The notes below the pieces were generated by a model. That model made no database searches. It saw only the letters and a program-made list of their open reading frames with translations, and was not told where the DNA came from. The position numbers and the translations under genes are program-made. Shown piece after piece: positions 1-12,856 of a stretch of DNA of 64,000 nucleotides. Origin of the DNA: Octopus sinensis (Eukaryota); contig NC_042997.1 in assembly GCF_006345805.1 (NCBI RefSeq), forward strand, positions 27,590,001-27,654,000, given 5' to 3'. The number at the start of each line of letters is the position of its first letter. Position 1 is the first letter of the stretch.

Positions 1-596
1 TCTGCGACTACGAAACAGGCATATGAAGAGCGTCTCATTTAATCCAGGTAGAAATTTAAAGTTACTACCTCGCCCGTACCGCGATACGAACGAACTGAGA
101 CAAGAACTGAACAAATACGCGAAAAATTGTTTTCAATTTGCTTTACGTGTTACGATAAAAACTACTTCAAGATGGTAAAAAAAAAAACCTACGAAAAATC
201 TCAAAGTCCACATTTTACAGATTATTTTCTCTCAGTATGATAAGGAATAACGCCATAATTTACATACTACCTACTAACTAATGAATGCAGAATTTCAGAT
301 TTTATTTGACAACATGCAAAATTTGGAACATAAATAAGCTTCAAAGAATCTTAGGAAACACACCCAGAACGTAATAAAAGTTTTGTTCAAGGACTCAAGT
401 TGTCTCTGCAAACAAAATAAGCAAATATGTCGTAAGCCAAATTCTATATGGAAGGTAAGCTCAGTAATTGCGTGGTATAAATCAAATACATAAGCAAGGA
501 AATCACATAGCAGGCGAAAACGGAACATGGTTACTCTTGCGTTGGCCTGCTAGACCGATGCGTACCTAGAAGGCACTACCGCAAATCGGGCACTAG

Positions 597-982
597 AGGA
601 AGCACTCCGTCGGTTACGACGATGAGGGTTCCGGTTGATCCGAATAAACGGAACAGCCTGCTCGTGAAATTAACGTGTAAGTGGCTGAGCACTCCACAGA
701 CACGTGTACCCTTAACGTAGTTCTCGGGGATATTCAGCGTGACACAGAGAGTGACAAGGCCGGCCCTTTGAAATACAGGTACAACAGAAACAGGAAGTAA
801 GAGTGAGAGAAAGTTGTGGTGAAAGAGTACAGCAGGGATCACCACCATCCCTGCCGGAGCCTCGTGGAGCTTTTAGGTGTTTTCGCTCAATAAACACTCA
901 CAACGCCCTGTCTGGGAATCGAAACCGCGATCCTATGACCGCGAGTCCGCTGCCCTAACCACTGGGCCATTGCGCCTCCACT
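597..982 (-). mobile_element. tRNA-derived SINE (family 3) with 14-bp target-site duplication
   Basis: Minus-strand head has A box TGGCCCAGTGG and B box GGTTTCGATTCC. TSD aaatcgggcactag at 583-596 and 983-996. The paralogous site near 22885 is empty. Confidence 0.85.
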
Positions 983-1325
983 AAATCGGGCACTAGTTAT
1001 CCTCTGAAACTGAAGGCGAGAAGTTACACCGTTCGCTTTTTCATTGTGACCCTACAATTCGACAGAGGGGTTGTCTGAATGGGTTGTGACTCTGACGGTG
1101 GTACATGAGAGTCTCTTCTGTGTAATTCGCCAGTTTTATGTCTCACCTGACACCCAGCTTCCGCTTATCGATCCACAAAACTATTTGCATGAAACAGTGA
1201 TCACGACTCGGGCAAGGCTTCCGTAGGCCATCTAAACCATGGTGAGTGTAGTCGACGACTCCCAAAACTTCTGTGAGTTAGTTTTCTCAACTTATACATG
1301 TGAATAATGGACGCTGTGGTCGGTA

Positions 1326-1636
1326 TTCAATTCAATTCAATTTTTATTGGCTCAAAAAGCAAAAAAAAAAGGCCATGTAGGGGGACAGGGAGTTATGTAC
1401 AGGGAAGGTGGTCATACAAAGAGTTCAGGCCATTTCTGGTCAATAGAGACTTTGAACCGAGCGGTCGTCGGCATCTTCACTATCTCGTCCGGCAGCTTAT
1501 TCCACGGAACGCAACCCGGACGGAGAAAGCCCCTCTCCTTCGATTCAGATGAAATCGTCGTAGATAGAGCTTTTCGGAGTGACCCCGCAGCCAACACTCT
1601 GGAGCAGGAGGGAAGAACAGTTCTTTCGAGAAGGCT
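1326..1636 (-). mobile_element. CR1/L2-type LINE 3' fragment
   Basis: Minus ORF ends ...RGFLRPGCVPWNKLPDEIVKMPTTARFKVSIDQKW, matching the WNxLP...FK..LD C-terminus of CR1/L2 ORF2. Has a (TTGAA)n tail and is absent from the paralogous units. Confidence 0.7.
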
Positions 1637-2161
1637 ATATTGATAGCGCATAAATTTATCGAAATAAGCTTTAAAATATACTTATTTTCATGTCAAATTA
1701 ATTGCATACCGATAAACTTAAACCCACATTTCCTTTGATTGAAGTATTGTAGCTACTCCAATGAGGTGTACATTTTAAAAATTATATAATGTTTCATAGA
1801 GCCTCACAAAACTTTCATAGTCGAATTCATCTCACCAAACAATAATTCCTATTCAAAGGGACACAACTCTTATCTATCATACTTCTATTCATTTTCAATT
1901 GTTTCCTTTCTCAATTTTTTTGATTTTATTTTTTTTTTGCTCTCCATACCTCCATACTATGTTTCTCTCCTTGCTTCTCAGATAACAGCTGCATTGCGTT
2001 CCCGCTTCAACGCTTACATGATGATATGCAAGATGCAATACAAGCCGCAACTATCGCAAGGTCAGAAGTATTGCTCACGTTTAATTCTTGTATATATTGA
2101 ACAGTATTTCTGAACCCACCTATAACAGATCAGTACAACATAAATATAGCTATCTATTTAC

Positions 2162-2393
2162 AGGCGGCGAGCTGGCAGAAACGTTAGCGCGCCGGGTGAA
2201 ATGCTTAGCGGTATTTCGTCTGTCGTTACGTTCTGAGTTCAAATTCCGCCGAGGTCGACTTTGCCTTTCATCCCTTCGGGGTCGATAAATTAAGTACCAG
2301 TTGCAACTGGGGTCGATGTAATCGACTTAATCCATTTGACTGTCCTTGTTTGTCCTCTCTATGTTTAGCCCCTTGTGGGTAATTAAGAAATAT
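2162..2393 (+). mobile_element. tRNA-derived SINE (family 1)
   Basis: ggcggcgagctggcagaaacgttagc...gagttcaaattcc head. Near-identical copies at 3803-4030, 4031-4190 (partial), 23458-23682, 28047-28250 and 46442-46674. Confidence 0.85.
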
Positions 2394-2409
2394 ATATATA
2401 GCTATCTTT

Positions 2410-2885
2410 GTGTGTGTCGTAGATTTGTAGTGAGTAGCTCGCTTCCCAACCACACGGTTTCGGGTACAGTCCGACTGCGTGTCACCCCAGGCGAGTGTGT
2501 TTTACTATAGTCTCGGGCCGACCAAAGCCTTGTGCGTGGATTTCGTAGGCGGAAGCTAAAAGAAGCCTGTTGAATATGTGTGTGCATGCATTTGTGTGTG
2601 CGTGTATTTGTGTGTGTGTGAGTGCGTGTGTGCATGAGCGTGCATGTGTGTGTGTTTGAGAGAGAGTGCGTGCATGCGCGTCTTTGTGCACATCCGCATG
2701 ACCGCTCGGCAAGCTGTGTTGTTGTGATGATATCCCCGCAACGTAGAGGTACAGCAAAAGTTACCGTTAGAATAGGTACTAGGCTTAGAAATTCAGTTCT
2801 GGGATTGACTTGTTTGACAAAAAGCTTTCATGTGAGTGCTGCAGCATGGCCGCTGTCAAATGACTGAATGAAGTGAAAGAACAAA
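2410..2885 (+). mobile_element. Degenerate tRNA-derived SINE (family 2)
   Basis: Similar to 32684-33088 (tagcctcgggccgaccaaagccttg...gcatggccgc..tcaaatgactga). Confidence 0.6.
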
Positions 2886-2909
2886 AAAATTAAGGAATAT
2901 ATATATATA

Positions 2910-3670
2910 TTATATTATATTAAATTAGAGATAAAACCACTGTTAGGCAAATCAAACAGTGAAAAAAATAAGCCAATACATAAAATTAATTTAAAAATAT
3001 AAAAGTTAAAAATAAAAAATTATTTAAATAATTTAAACTTATAAATTTTATATATATATACAAATATATATATATATGTATGTATGTATATTTTTATATT
3101 TATATATTATTTTATTAATTAATTTATTTATTTATTTATTTATTTTTTATCTTTATCTATTTATCTTTTATTAAGCTTTTATTACTTTTGATATATATTT
3201 AAAAAATAAATAAATAAATTAATTAATTAATTAATTAATTAATTAAATAATATATAAATATAAAAATATACATACATACATATATATATATATATTTGTA
3301 TATATATATATAAAATTTATAAGTTTAAATTATTTAAATAATTTTTTATTTTTAACTTTTATATTTTAAAATTAATTTTATGTATTGGCTTATGTTTTTC
3401 ACTGTTTGATTTGCCTAACAGTGGTTTTATCTCTAATTTAATGTAATATAATATAATATATTTATGCTATAAAATTGGATTTAATCCTAAATCTGATTTT
3501 TCCCTGTAAGTTTGGATTTATTCCCTAATATTTTATTATTAATATATATATATATATATAAATTAGAAAAAAAAACACATTTTATCAATTCAAAATGAAC
3601 AATTAAATTACACCATCTAGAAAATTACATATAATAGAAATATTAAAATTAAAATAACAATTTTTTTCTA
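2910..3670. repeat. AT-rich dispersed repeat (aaattagagataaaaccac family) arranged as a palindrome
   Basis: About 230-bp inverted arms around a spacer at about 3150-3200. Same family at 7355-7690, 10810-11150, 57020-57390, 60370-60790 and 60870-61100. Confidence 0.8.
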
Positions 3671-3802
3671 ATTTTAATATATATATATTATATTTTGTGA
3701 AATTTGATTTAATATTTCTAAACTGAAATGCAACCTACGATGCACTTCACAAGAAATTCTACTCAAACTAAAAGTATATGTAATTAATATAATGGTCATT
3801 AT

Positions 3803-4190
3803 GAGGTGGCGAGCTGGCAGAAGCGTTAGTTCGACGGGCGAAATGCTTATCGGTATTTCGTCTGCCGCTACGTTCTGTGTTCCGCCGAAGTCGACTTTGC
3901 CTTTCATACTTTCGGGGTCGATTAAATATGATATGTACCAGTTACGCACTGGGGTCGATATAATCGACTTAATCCGTTTGTTTGTCCTCTCTGTGTTTAG
4001 CCCCTTGTGGGTAGTAAAGAAATAGGTATTTCGTCTGTCATTACGTTCTGATTTCAAATTCTGCCGAGGTCGACTTTGCTTTTCATCCTTTCGGGATCGA
4101 TATATTAAGTACCAGTTGCGTACTGAAATCGATCTGATCCACTCGCCCCCTCCCTCAAAATTTCGGGCCTTGTGCCTAGAGTAAAAAAAA
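3803..4190 (+). mobile_element. SINE family 1, one full copy plus one partial copy in tandem
   Basis: Direct similarity to 2162-2393. Confidence 0.8.
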
Positions 4191-5160
4191 AAATAGAATG
4201 AGCATGAAAGATGCTTTTTCAAGCGAATACTATAGGTGAAATTATCAAAACCAAATCATGCTGATATGCGCGTGTATGTGTTGAAGGCGGTGAGATTGTA
4301 CATCTCTGCACGTACATATGTATATAGGAAACCGTAGCTGAAAGTCTTCGCTAATATTTTAGGTGCTTAAGTACGCTTGAGTAAATACAAACTTACTCTC
4401 GATCCAACCACATTTATCCCCCGAAATGTCAAGAATACGAAATCTGCAGAAAATGCTAAGCTAATTGGTCCAAACTGAAAAGGAGTGACCTCCTAACTGA
4501 AACAGCGAGGCGTCCAGTCCGTGAACTCAAACAAAGGTTTTACTTTCAGTATGCACAACGTGCACGGATGCAGTCAAAACATATATGTATGGACGTGGTG
4601 TGTGTGCCTCTGTGTTTATGTGTGTGTACGTGTGTATGTGTGTGCGATAGAAAGAATGTGTATTTGTAATTGTGCACGTACACATTTACACAAAATATAT
4701 TCACATTAACCAAATTGTCTTGCATTCGTGATTTTCTATATATTTATATCAGAGTTTTCTTGATTCTCGGGTGGGTCATTATGGCAAGATTCTCTTTACT
4801 TCATTTATTATCATTATTATTAATATTTTGATTCCGTCGATGTCAACTTCGTCTTTCATCCTTTCGGGGTTGATAGATTAAGTACCGGTTGAGTACTGGG
4901 ATCGGTGTGATAGCCTGACCACATCCCTACAAAATCCAGGCTGTGTGCCTATTGTAGAAAGGATTATTATTATTGACTGAGAGGGCAGTGCATGCCATCA
5001 AAGTGACACTGGGGTAAAATATACGAAGCCCAATATGTAGAAAAATACAAACTGGGACAAGAACGTAAAACATTTAGAAGACGATACAAAAAACACGGAC
5101 GGGACATTCGAAGCCTTCAATCTTCAGTCAAGAACCGGTTCATCTTCGCAATTTCGGCTG

Positions 5161-5201
<41 letters not shown>

Positions 5202-5255
5202 AGATGTACTCGCATAGCAAATGCTTTGATCTGAGATCGTGTGCTGGAACGAAAA

Positions 5256-5537
5256 CAATTGCAGCGTGGAAGGTGTTTGTAAGCCATTTAAGAAACACAC
5301 AAAAGCCGTTCGATTCACTTCAACATTTAAGTTTAATTTGTCAAAATATTTTCGTCGCTAAAATCCGCGACCTGTTCACTGACAAAAATGAGATGCAGCA
5401 CGGATTTTTGTCAGTGAACAGGTCGCGAATTTTAGCGACAAAAATATTTTGACAAATGAAACTTAAATGTTGAAGTGAATCGAACGGCTTTTGTGTGTTT
5501 CTTAAATGGCTTACAAACACCTTCCACGCTGCAATTG
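5256..5537. repeat. Fold-back / MITE-like element
   Basis: About 135-bp inverted arms (caattgcagcgtggaaggtg... / ...caccttccacgctgcaattg) with a short spacer near 5393-5404. Confidence 0.75.
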
Positions 5538-5541
5538 TAGG

Positions 5542-5576
<35 letters not shown>

Positions 5577-5577
5577 G

Positions 5578-5648
<71 letters not shown>

Positions 5649-5792
5649 AATATAAAAATATACAAGGTGTAAAGATTCAGAATATACAACGTGGCAAAAT
5701 TGTGAGTTGAAAATATGTAGAAAAAAAATATATAAAATGTGGAAGAGAAATTCCTTTGTTTCATATAGCTTAATATCTTTTTTATAGATATA

Positions 5793-6594
5793 TCTCTCTA
5801 TATATAAACGGCAGTTTGTCTGTCTGTGTGTCTGTGTGTCTGTCAGGTTGTTCCCTCACCCTGACCACGGCTTTCAACCAATTCTGATGAAACTTGACAC
5901 ACACATAGCCCAATGTCATAATTCAAAAATAACGCAGCGAAAATTTTGAAAAATTCCCCCAGTTCTGAAAACAAAAATCGATAAATTCGACATGGGTCGA
6001 GAATCTAAGCTTTTTATATGCAACACTTTTCTACAGACTGTCTAGGGGACGCAACTCGACCTTTTTAACTCTCGGAACACGTGGGGTAAGTATCCCAAAA
6101 TGTATAAAAATGTACAAAAACGGCAAAAAAGCGGGCAGCAATGTGAGTGACAACAACGAAAAAGTCAAAAGTGACCAAACTGAACAAACGAATGGAAAAT
6201 GTTTTTTTGGTGCACACGACAAAAGCGGTTTATAATAAACCAAGAGTTTGCAAGCAGCGTCCGAGGACCCTTAGGGTACGTCAAAAATTTAAGGTAAAAC
6301 GTTTGGGGTGGTAGTTATAAAGAAAGTGTAAACAAAAAAAGTATTCGAATAACTTGCGGCTGCAGCAGCTATTAGCAGAAGTGGCGGTGTTGGGGGTAAA
6401 GTCTCGAATCTAATTTCTTCCTGGTAGGAATTGGTTGGGTTTGATAGCTGTTTGATAGTCATTTGGGAGTGAAGAGAAGACATTGCAACCTACACATGCG
6501 CCTTCGTTCCATAGAGGGAAAGGACTAGATTGGGATTAGTCGTTGCCTACTAGGGGTTCTTACATACCCGGGCAACGCCGGGCTATGCTGCTAG
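5793..6594 (+). mobile_element. Non-autonomous Helitron-like element
   Basis: 5' TC(tctatatataaa), subterminal cccgggcaacgccggg and 3' CTAG, inserted between A and T with no TSD. Confidence 0.75.
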
Positions 6595-6599
6595 TACAT

Positions 6600-6945
6600 A
6601 TTATATGGTTGTCGTGAAATCCAACGGCTTTCGCTATTTAAATTAGCTTTTCGAGGGACATTGTACAGTAATAAGCTCTCGTGACAGAGAAGCTTCTTCA
6701 TTTTGGAGGTTTGAAGACTAGGAGGAATGAGTCTAGAGAGTGAAACAAGGGAAGCAACAGCTGGCAAGGGGGACAACTGTCTCCTTAGCTTAATTTTTTA
6801 AATGGTCAAATTTGTATATTGAGGTTGTGTCTGTACTTTTGTATGAACAGGTTTTCCTTGTTTAGGCGTTCTTGTACTGAGATTGAATCTTTGCATTGGT
6901 ATAATGGGAAGATATGAAAATTCGACGTGTTGTTACTTATATATG
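6600..6945 (-). mobile_element. Penelope-like element 3' fragment
   Basis: Minus-strand translation NFHIFPLYQCKDSISVQERLNKENLFIQKY matches the GIY-YIG C-terminus of the PLE at 36112-36438 (NFRIFPLYQFRDDTTSRQRISKENLFITKY). Confidence 0.75.
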
Positions 6946-7686
6946 CGTGTGTGTGTGTGTGTGTATGTGTGTATGTATATGTATATATATACATATATAT
7001 ATATACATATATATATATGATATAGATACATATATATATATATATATGGTCACTCAACCCTTTTATCAACCCTATTATCTCCCCTTATTTCGCTCTCGCG
7101 TCTCATGTTTGATTTTTGACCTCTGGCCGAAATCAGATCGCCATGTTGATTCGTTAGCTACTGCACGCATTTTTTTTCTCTCCTTCTTTCTGTGTTTTTC
7201 TCTCTCTGTGTATCTTTCTGTTGAAGAGCGTAGGCTCGAAACGTTAAAGACTTGTTTTATTTATATTTCCTGAGCGCCATACTAATACAATTGTTCGTTT
7301 GTCTTCCACCTGCCTTCGTCTTTTGTTTATTTTCATAAAGCTTCCCGTTATATATATATTATATTAAATTAGAGCCAAAACCACTATTAGGCAAATCAAA
7401 CAATGAAAAACTTAAGCCAATACATAAGATTATTTAATTTATATTATTTAAATATATAACAAAATTATAAAAAAAATATAATTAATTATATTTTTTTAAT
7501 AATTTTGTTATATATTTAAATAATATAAATTAAATAATCTTATGTATTGGCTTAAGTTTTTCATTGTTTGATTTGCCTAATAGTGGTTTTGTCTCTAATT
7601 TAATATAATATAATATTTTACTATAAAATTGGATTAAATCCTAAATCTGATTTTTCCCTGTAAGTTTGGATTTATTCCCTAATATT

Positions 7687-7737
<51 letters not shown>

Positions 7738-7763
7738 CATACATATACATACATATATATATT

Positions 7764-7800
<37 letters not shown>

Positions 7801-7829
7801 AAACTTGCTAACATACTTTGGGAGTCTTT

Positions 7830-8200
7830 ACCTTCATAGAGACGGAAGTAATACTGTGTTTCAATGTCAATATCACATTGTTCCGATTGCGCTTTCTTGG
7901 CTGGAATTTCCTATCGCATATCAAGAGGGGAATGTAGATCTTTCTTCCGTTTGAGTAGATTTAATTAATGCATAAAATCTGACCCCCTCATTATTAATTG
8001 CAGAATCACAATCTATACGTCTCCGCAACAATTGTTTTGTGGTTGTTAAGCAATTCATAACAGACGACACCCTTCGTATCACAACAAATACGTGATATTC
8101 TTAAGATGCTGCTTTCGTCTGTGAATACGTCACTGTGTATAAGATTGTGATGAGTCAATAAAGGAAAGTTTGACATAGCGAGATCACCATGTGACATAAA
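7830..8200 (-). pseudogene. Old mariner transposase relic (unit A copy)
   Basis: Minus ORF ...ICCDTKGVVCYELLNNHKTIVAETYRL resembles the mariner WWD.KGV.YYELL..N.TI...Y motif. Paralogous at 30640-31040 and 33430-33620. Confidence 0.55.
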
Positions 8201-8535
8201 ACTTATCGTATAGAATTTTAAAATTCAGCCAAAAATATTCTTCTAGCAAAGGAAATGAATTCGTTTGGAATTTAACATTTATCAGACAAATGGTAAATTA
8301 TTATACATAAAGAGAAGAGGTGTAAAAGTAGCAACAACATAGATTATACTTTCTCTTATCGTTTGTTTACTTACCCGGTTATCACAAATTCCGTGTGGTG
8401 AGGATTACTGTGCAAACGTAGTGGTCTTAGTAAGCAGGAAGTTGAATGTAAACTACGTTGACTTGTGTTTTTTGTCATTCTATTTTTAATACACTATGCA
8501 GTTTATATTGTCTACTACCGATATCTATCTATCTA

Positions 8536-8586
<51 letters not shown>

Positions 8587-8785
8587 CTGCATAGTGTATT
8601 AAAAATAGAACGGGAAAACAGGTATGTCAACTTTAGAATGGTCAAGTGGCAAAGAAATTATTCTGCTTACTGAATTCATCTGACAAATGTAACTACTGTG
8701 AGTGACAGAAAAACTATAGTTTTACCGCGAGAAAAGTGCTGTTGAGCTGTTAAGTGCAATTTGGCGCTCGAGGACCGAAACTATG

Positions 8786-8837
<52 letters not shown>

Positions 8838-9365
8838 GAAATATTAAAATTACTAAGTCTCTATAAAAGAGATTACGGCAGCGTTTACTGGAAATTAATT
8901 GTTATCGCCATATTAATATGGCATTCTTATAGATATAAGAATAATCGCTGCCGCTGGTCAGCTCCATGAGACCACCGCCTTAAGATAGCTATTGATACAC
9001 GATCTGTATCCATTATAACCTTCGAACAAGGGAGGTCAGCCGCTTCACACTGCCAGTCCGACAGCTACAGACGCATTTCGGGGTATTGCTCCTTGTCAAT
9101 GTAGCGCAGAAATACATCTAAATCAAATATCAATTACCAGATAATACTCAATCACATACTTTATTAAACTACCTTCTCCATTTTCTTATCTTGTATTAGT
9201 AATTTGTGGTAAATCATTTTACCTTTGCCCATATAATACAGTAAATGAATTGATTGCATCGCAATCCTCAACATTTATGTATTAACTTTGTTGGGTACTT
9301 CACTAGCAGTATATTGGATATATGTTATCCCATGGAGGGTTGCATTTACAACCCCTATCTCAATT

Positions 9366-9410
<45 letters not shown>

Positions 9411-9439
9411 CTATCTATCTAACTATCTCTCTCTTTCTC

Positions 9440-9474
<35 letters not shown>

Positions 9475-10753
9475 GGGGGGGGATAGAGGTGGCTTCATGC
9501 AGGCATAGCATAGTTACGATCCTCGAACGCCAAATTTCACTTAACAGTTCAACAGTAATTTTCTCGCGGTAAAACTATAGTTTTTTTTCTGTCAGTGACA
9601 GCAGTCACAATTTAGCCAGATGCCTTCACTAAGCAGAATAATTTCTTTGCCACTTGACCATTCTAAACTCTTGTAGGCCATCAAAAAGTAGAATAGAGGT
9701 AACAGACCGACAACGAAATCTATTGCTCTCAACAATATGTCTATCTTTCTGGCTGGTTTTGGATAGTTATAAAAACAAGAACTCTGTAAGTCAAACTCAG
9801 TCAGTGAGAACCGAGTCTGGCTGACCAGCTGAACAAAATGCCGTCTCTGAAGGAAAAGTTAGAAACAGACAACGATGGTGACTCACGAACGAAGCAGTTG
9901 TTTCGTCCCGCCACTCTCACTTTCTCTAACTCGCTTTCTTTTCTCTGTAACATTACCATCTCTCTCTATATATATTACTATGAGATCATGTACACACGTG
10001 CGTATGGCGACATTAATTTTCTTTAACCTGCATGCTTTAAGAACCGTGTCATACAATTACACTAGCCTACGAGACGTTCCGTCATAACAGGCATCGATTA
10101 CATATATATAAGAGGATGATTTTTTTATAGCTTCGTTATAGCTTCGTAGCGCAAGGATAAATATAGGACTGCGGCTGGAAGTGCTCAGGTGTCACCGAGG
10201 CGAATGGAGAAATAAATTGAAAGGTATAATGTATAAACACTCCAGTTGGTCAAAACAACTTTATACTATTTCCAAATTATCAAACTCGAATACAAATATA
10301 TATTAAAATATTAGGGCATCCAATGGTAAAACCCAGCCGTATAAAATATACACATATACACGAATAAAATGTGATAAACCTAAAAGAGTAATATGAGTGA
10401 GGTCGAATGAAGAAAAATATGATATAAATTCATGCATAATAAAAGCAACCCAAAATTTAAAGCATTGGAGCTAAATAATATAAATAGAAATATATATAAA
10501 TATTATGCAAGAGTATAAATATAACAAACCAGAAATTTGAAGTTTTCTCCTGATGAAAAAGTGTTGCCGTTTGATTTCCTAAATGGAATATATATTAACG
10601 AGGCGAAGCAGCATCCTTTAAAACGATCTTAGAGATTGATTGAAATGCAATCTGTTCTGGTTTTCTTACACATAATTTTGTATATTTATACTCTTATATT
10701 TTGATACAAGCTTGTACAAATACACGCGGGCGGGCGGGCCGGCGAGCGCGCCC

Positions 10754-10801
<48 letters not shown>

Positions 10802-11145
10802 ATAATATTAGGGAATAAATCCAAACTTACAGGGAAAAATTAGATTTAGGATTAAATCCAATTTTATAGTATAAATATATTATATTATATTAAATTAGAG
10901 ATATAACCACCATTAGGCAAATCAAACAGTGAAAAACTTAAGCCAATACATAAAATTAATTTAAAATATAAAAGTTATAAATAAAAATATACATAGATAC
11001 ATATATATATATATAAAATTTATAAGTTTAAATTATTTAAATAATTTTTTTATTTTTAACTTTTATATTTTAAATTAATTTTATGTATTGGCTTATGTTT
11101 TTCAGTGTTTGATTTGCCTAATGGTGGTTTTATCTCTAATTTAAT

Positions 11146-11186
<41 letters not shown>

Positions 11187-11426
11187 TACAAAACTTACAG
11201 TTAGGGCAGGCACAAGGACACTAATCCTTCCTCAGTTACGGACCAAAAATACTAACACCCAGTTTCATGCCATTATCGAAACTGGGTATTTGTATGTTTC
11301 CCACCACCCTTGTCCGCCCGTGGCGATTGAGTTGTTTGGACGCTTATCTCTAGCAATACTGGTGCTGTTTAGCGCCCTTTGTCAATTTCGAGACTACCTA
11401 CACAGACACATTCGAACACACACACA

Positions 11427-11475
<49 letters not shown>

Positions 11476-11508
11476 ATATATATGTATGTATATGGATAGA
11501 TAGATAGG

Positions 11509-11570
<62 letters not shown>

Positions 11571-12708
11571 TAATTCTTTATTGGCTACGCAGGGCTGAAC
11601 ACAGAAGAGACAAAATACAAAGTAGAGCTTTTCTTGTTGGGAAGAAGAAAAAGAAAAAACAAAATTTAAGTTAAAAAATAATAAATAAATAAAAATAAAA
11701 TAAATCAAACTAAAAAAAAGGGTGGGCGAATTCCGATCAAAAGGTATCGTGAAAAAAAGTGGGGCCGATCAATAGGGATCGTGTATCACAGAAATGTCAA
11801 TGTAAAAAGGGAAGACAGATTAGGTTTGTCCGTGGATAGAAAAGTCTACGGAAAAGACCACGGGAACATTGGGCAATAGTGTCAGGCAAAAAGAAAATAT
11901 ATTACAGTAAGTGGCTCTCTTTTTTCATTTCGTTTTTTTTTTCTTTTGGTTCATAGGATTATGCTCAAGCTGGCTCCGTCATTCACACGTGCCATCCTTG
12001 CTACATTCATTCATCTGTTTTTGAAACATTCACTAGACAAAATTCCCTCTCTACTATCACCTTCCTCTTCAAGTGGTACTTGAAGAAGCTGATGGGAGAT
12101 TGACCAAAGAGGAAAGTGTTTGTCACTAGACCTTTCAGACGCGCCCACCATACACATTCTTTCGCCATAGCCACAAGTACAATGAAAATGGCTCGTCCTT
12201 CCCGTTTCAAGGAAAGAGGCGCGACAATATTCACGATAGATTCGGTTGATAAACCGATTCATCCCACACGCGATAGCAGTCGTTTGACATAGGCCCACAG
12301 GTCGGAAATGGTTAGACACTGTACGAGTGCGTGCAGGACGGTTTCATCGCTCTGACCGCATCTCGGACAGTTCGGTCCCGTGTTTCTCGAGCCATGCCGG
12401 TAGAGATTATCCTGAACGGGTAGCGCTTCTCAATAGCACTGTCAGGCCAGGGATCTATGGAGAACTTCCAGAGATCCCTGGCCTGGCAGTGCTATCGAGA
12501 AGCGCTACCCATTCGGGATAATCTCTACCGGCATGGCTCTAGAAAAACGGAGCTGACCTATCCGAGATGCGGTCAGAGCGACGAAACCATCCTGCACGCT
12601 CTCGTACAGTGTCCAACCATTTCCGATCTGTGGGCCTATGTCGAACGACTGCTATCGCATGTGGGACGAGTCGGTTTAACAACCGAGTCTATCGTGAATA
12701 TTGTAGCG
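11571..12708 (-). mobile_element. Tx1/L1-clade non-LTR retrotransposon, 5'-truncated, with fold-back 5' end
   Basis: C-terminal zinc knuckle C-x2-C-x8-H-x4-C ([18 protein letters not shown]), AKECVWW motif and 3' UTR ending near AATAAA. Flanked by (GATA)n on both sides. Confidence 0.85.
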
Positions 12709-12772
12709 TTTCCTGATAGGAAGGTAGGTAGGTAGGTAAGTAGGTAGGTAGGTCGGTTGGTAGGTCGGTTGG

Positions 12773-12852
<80 letters not shown>

Positions 12853-12856
<4 letters not shown>

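Noticed and set aside
900-982. tRNA genes at SINE heads (also 16560-16622, 2162-2230, 32684-32750)
   Set aside because: A/B boxes run into SINE bodies with TSDs or tails and no complete cloverleaf acceptor stem is seen.
5095-5135. Additional hammerhead-like motif (CTGAAGA...GAAT) on the minus strand
   Set aside because: Stem II and stem III are poorly formed and the GAAA is broken.
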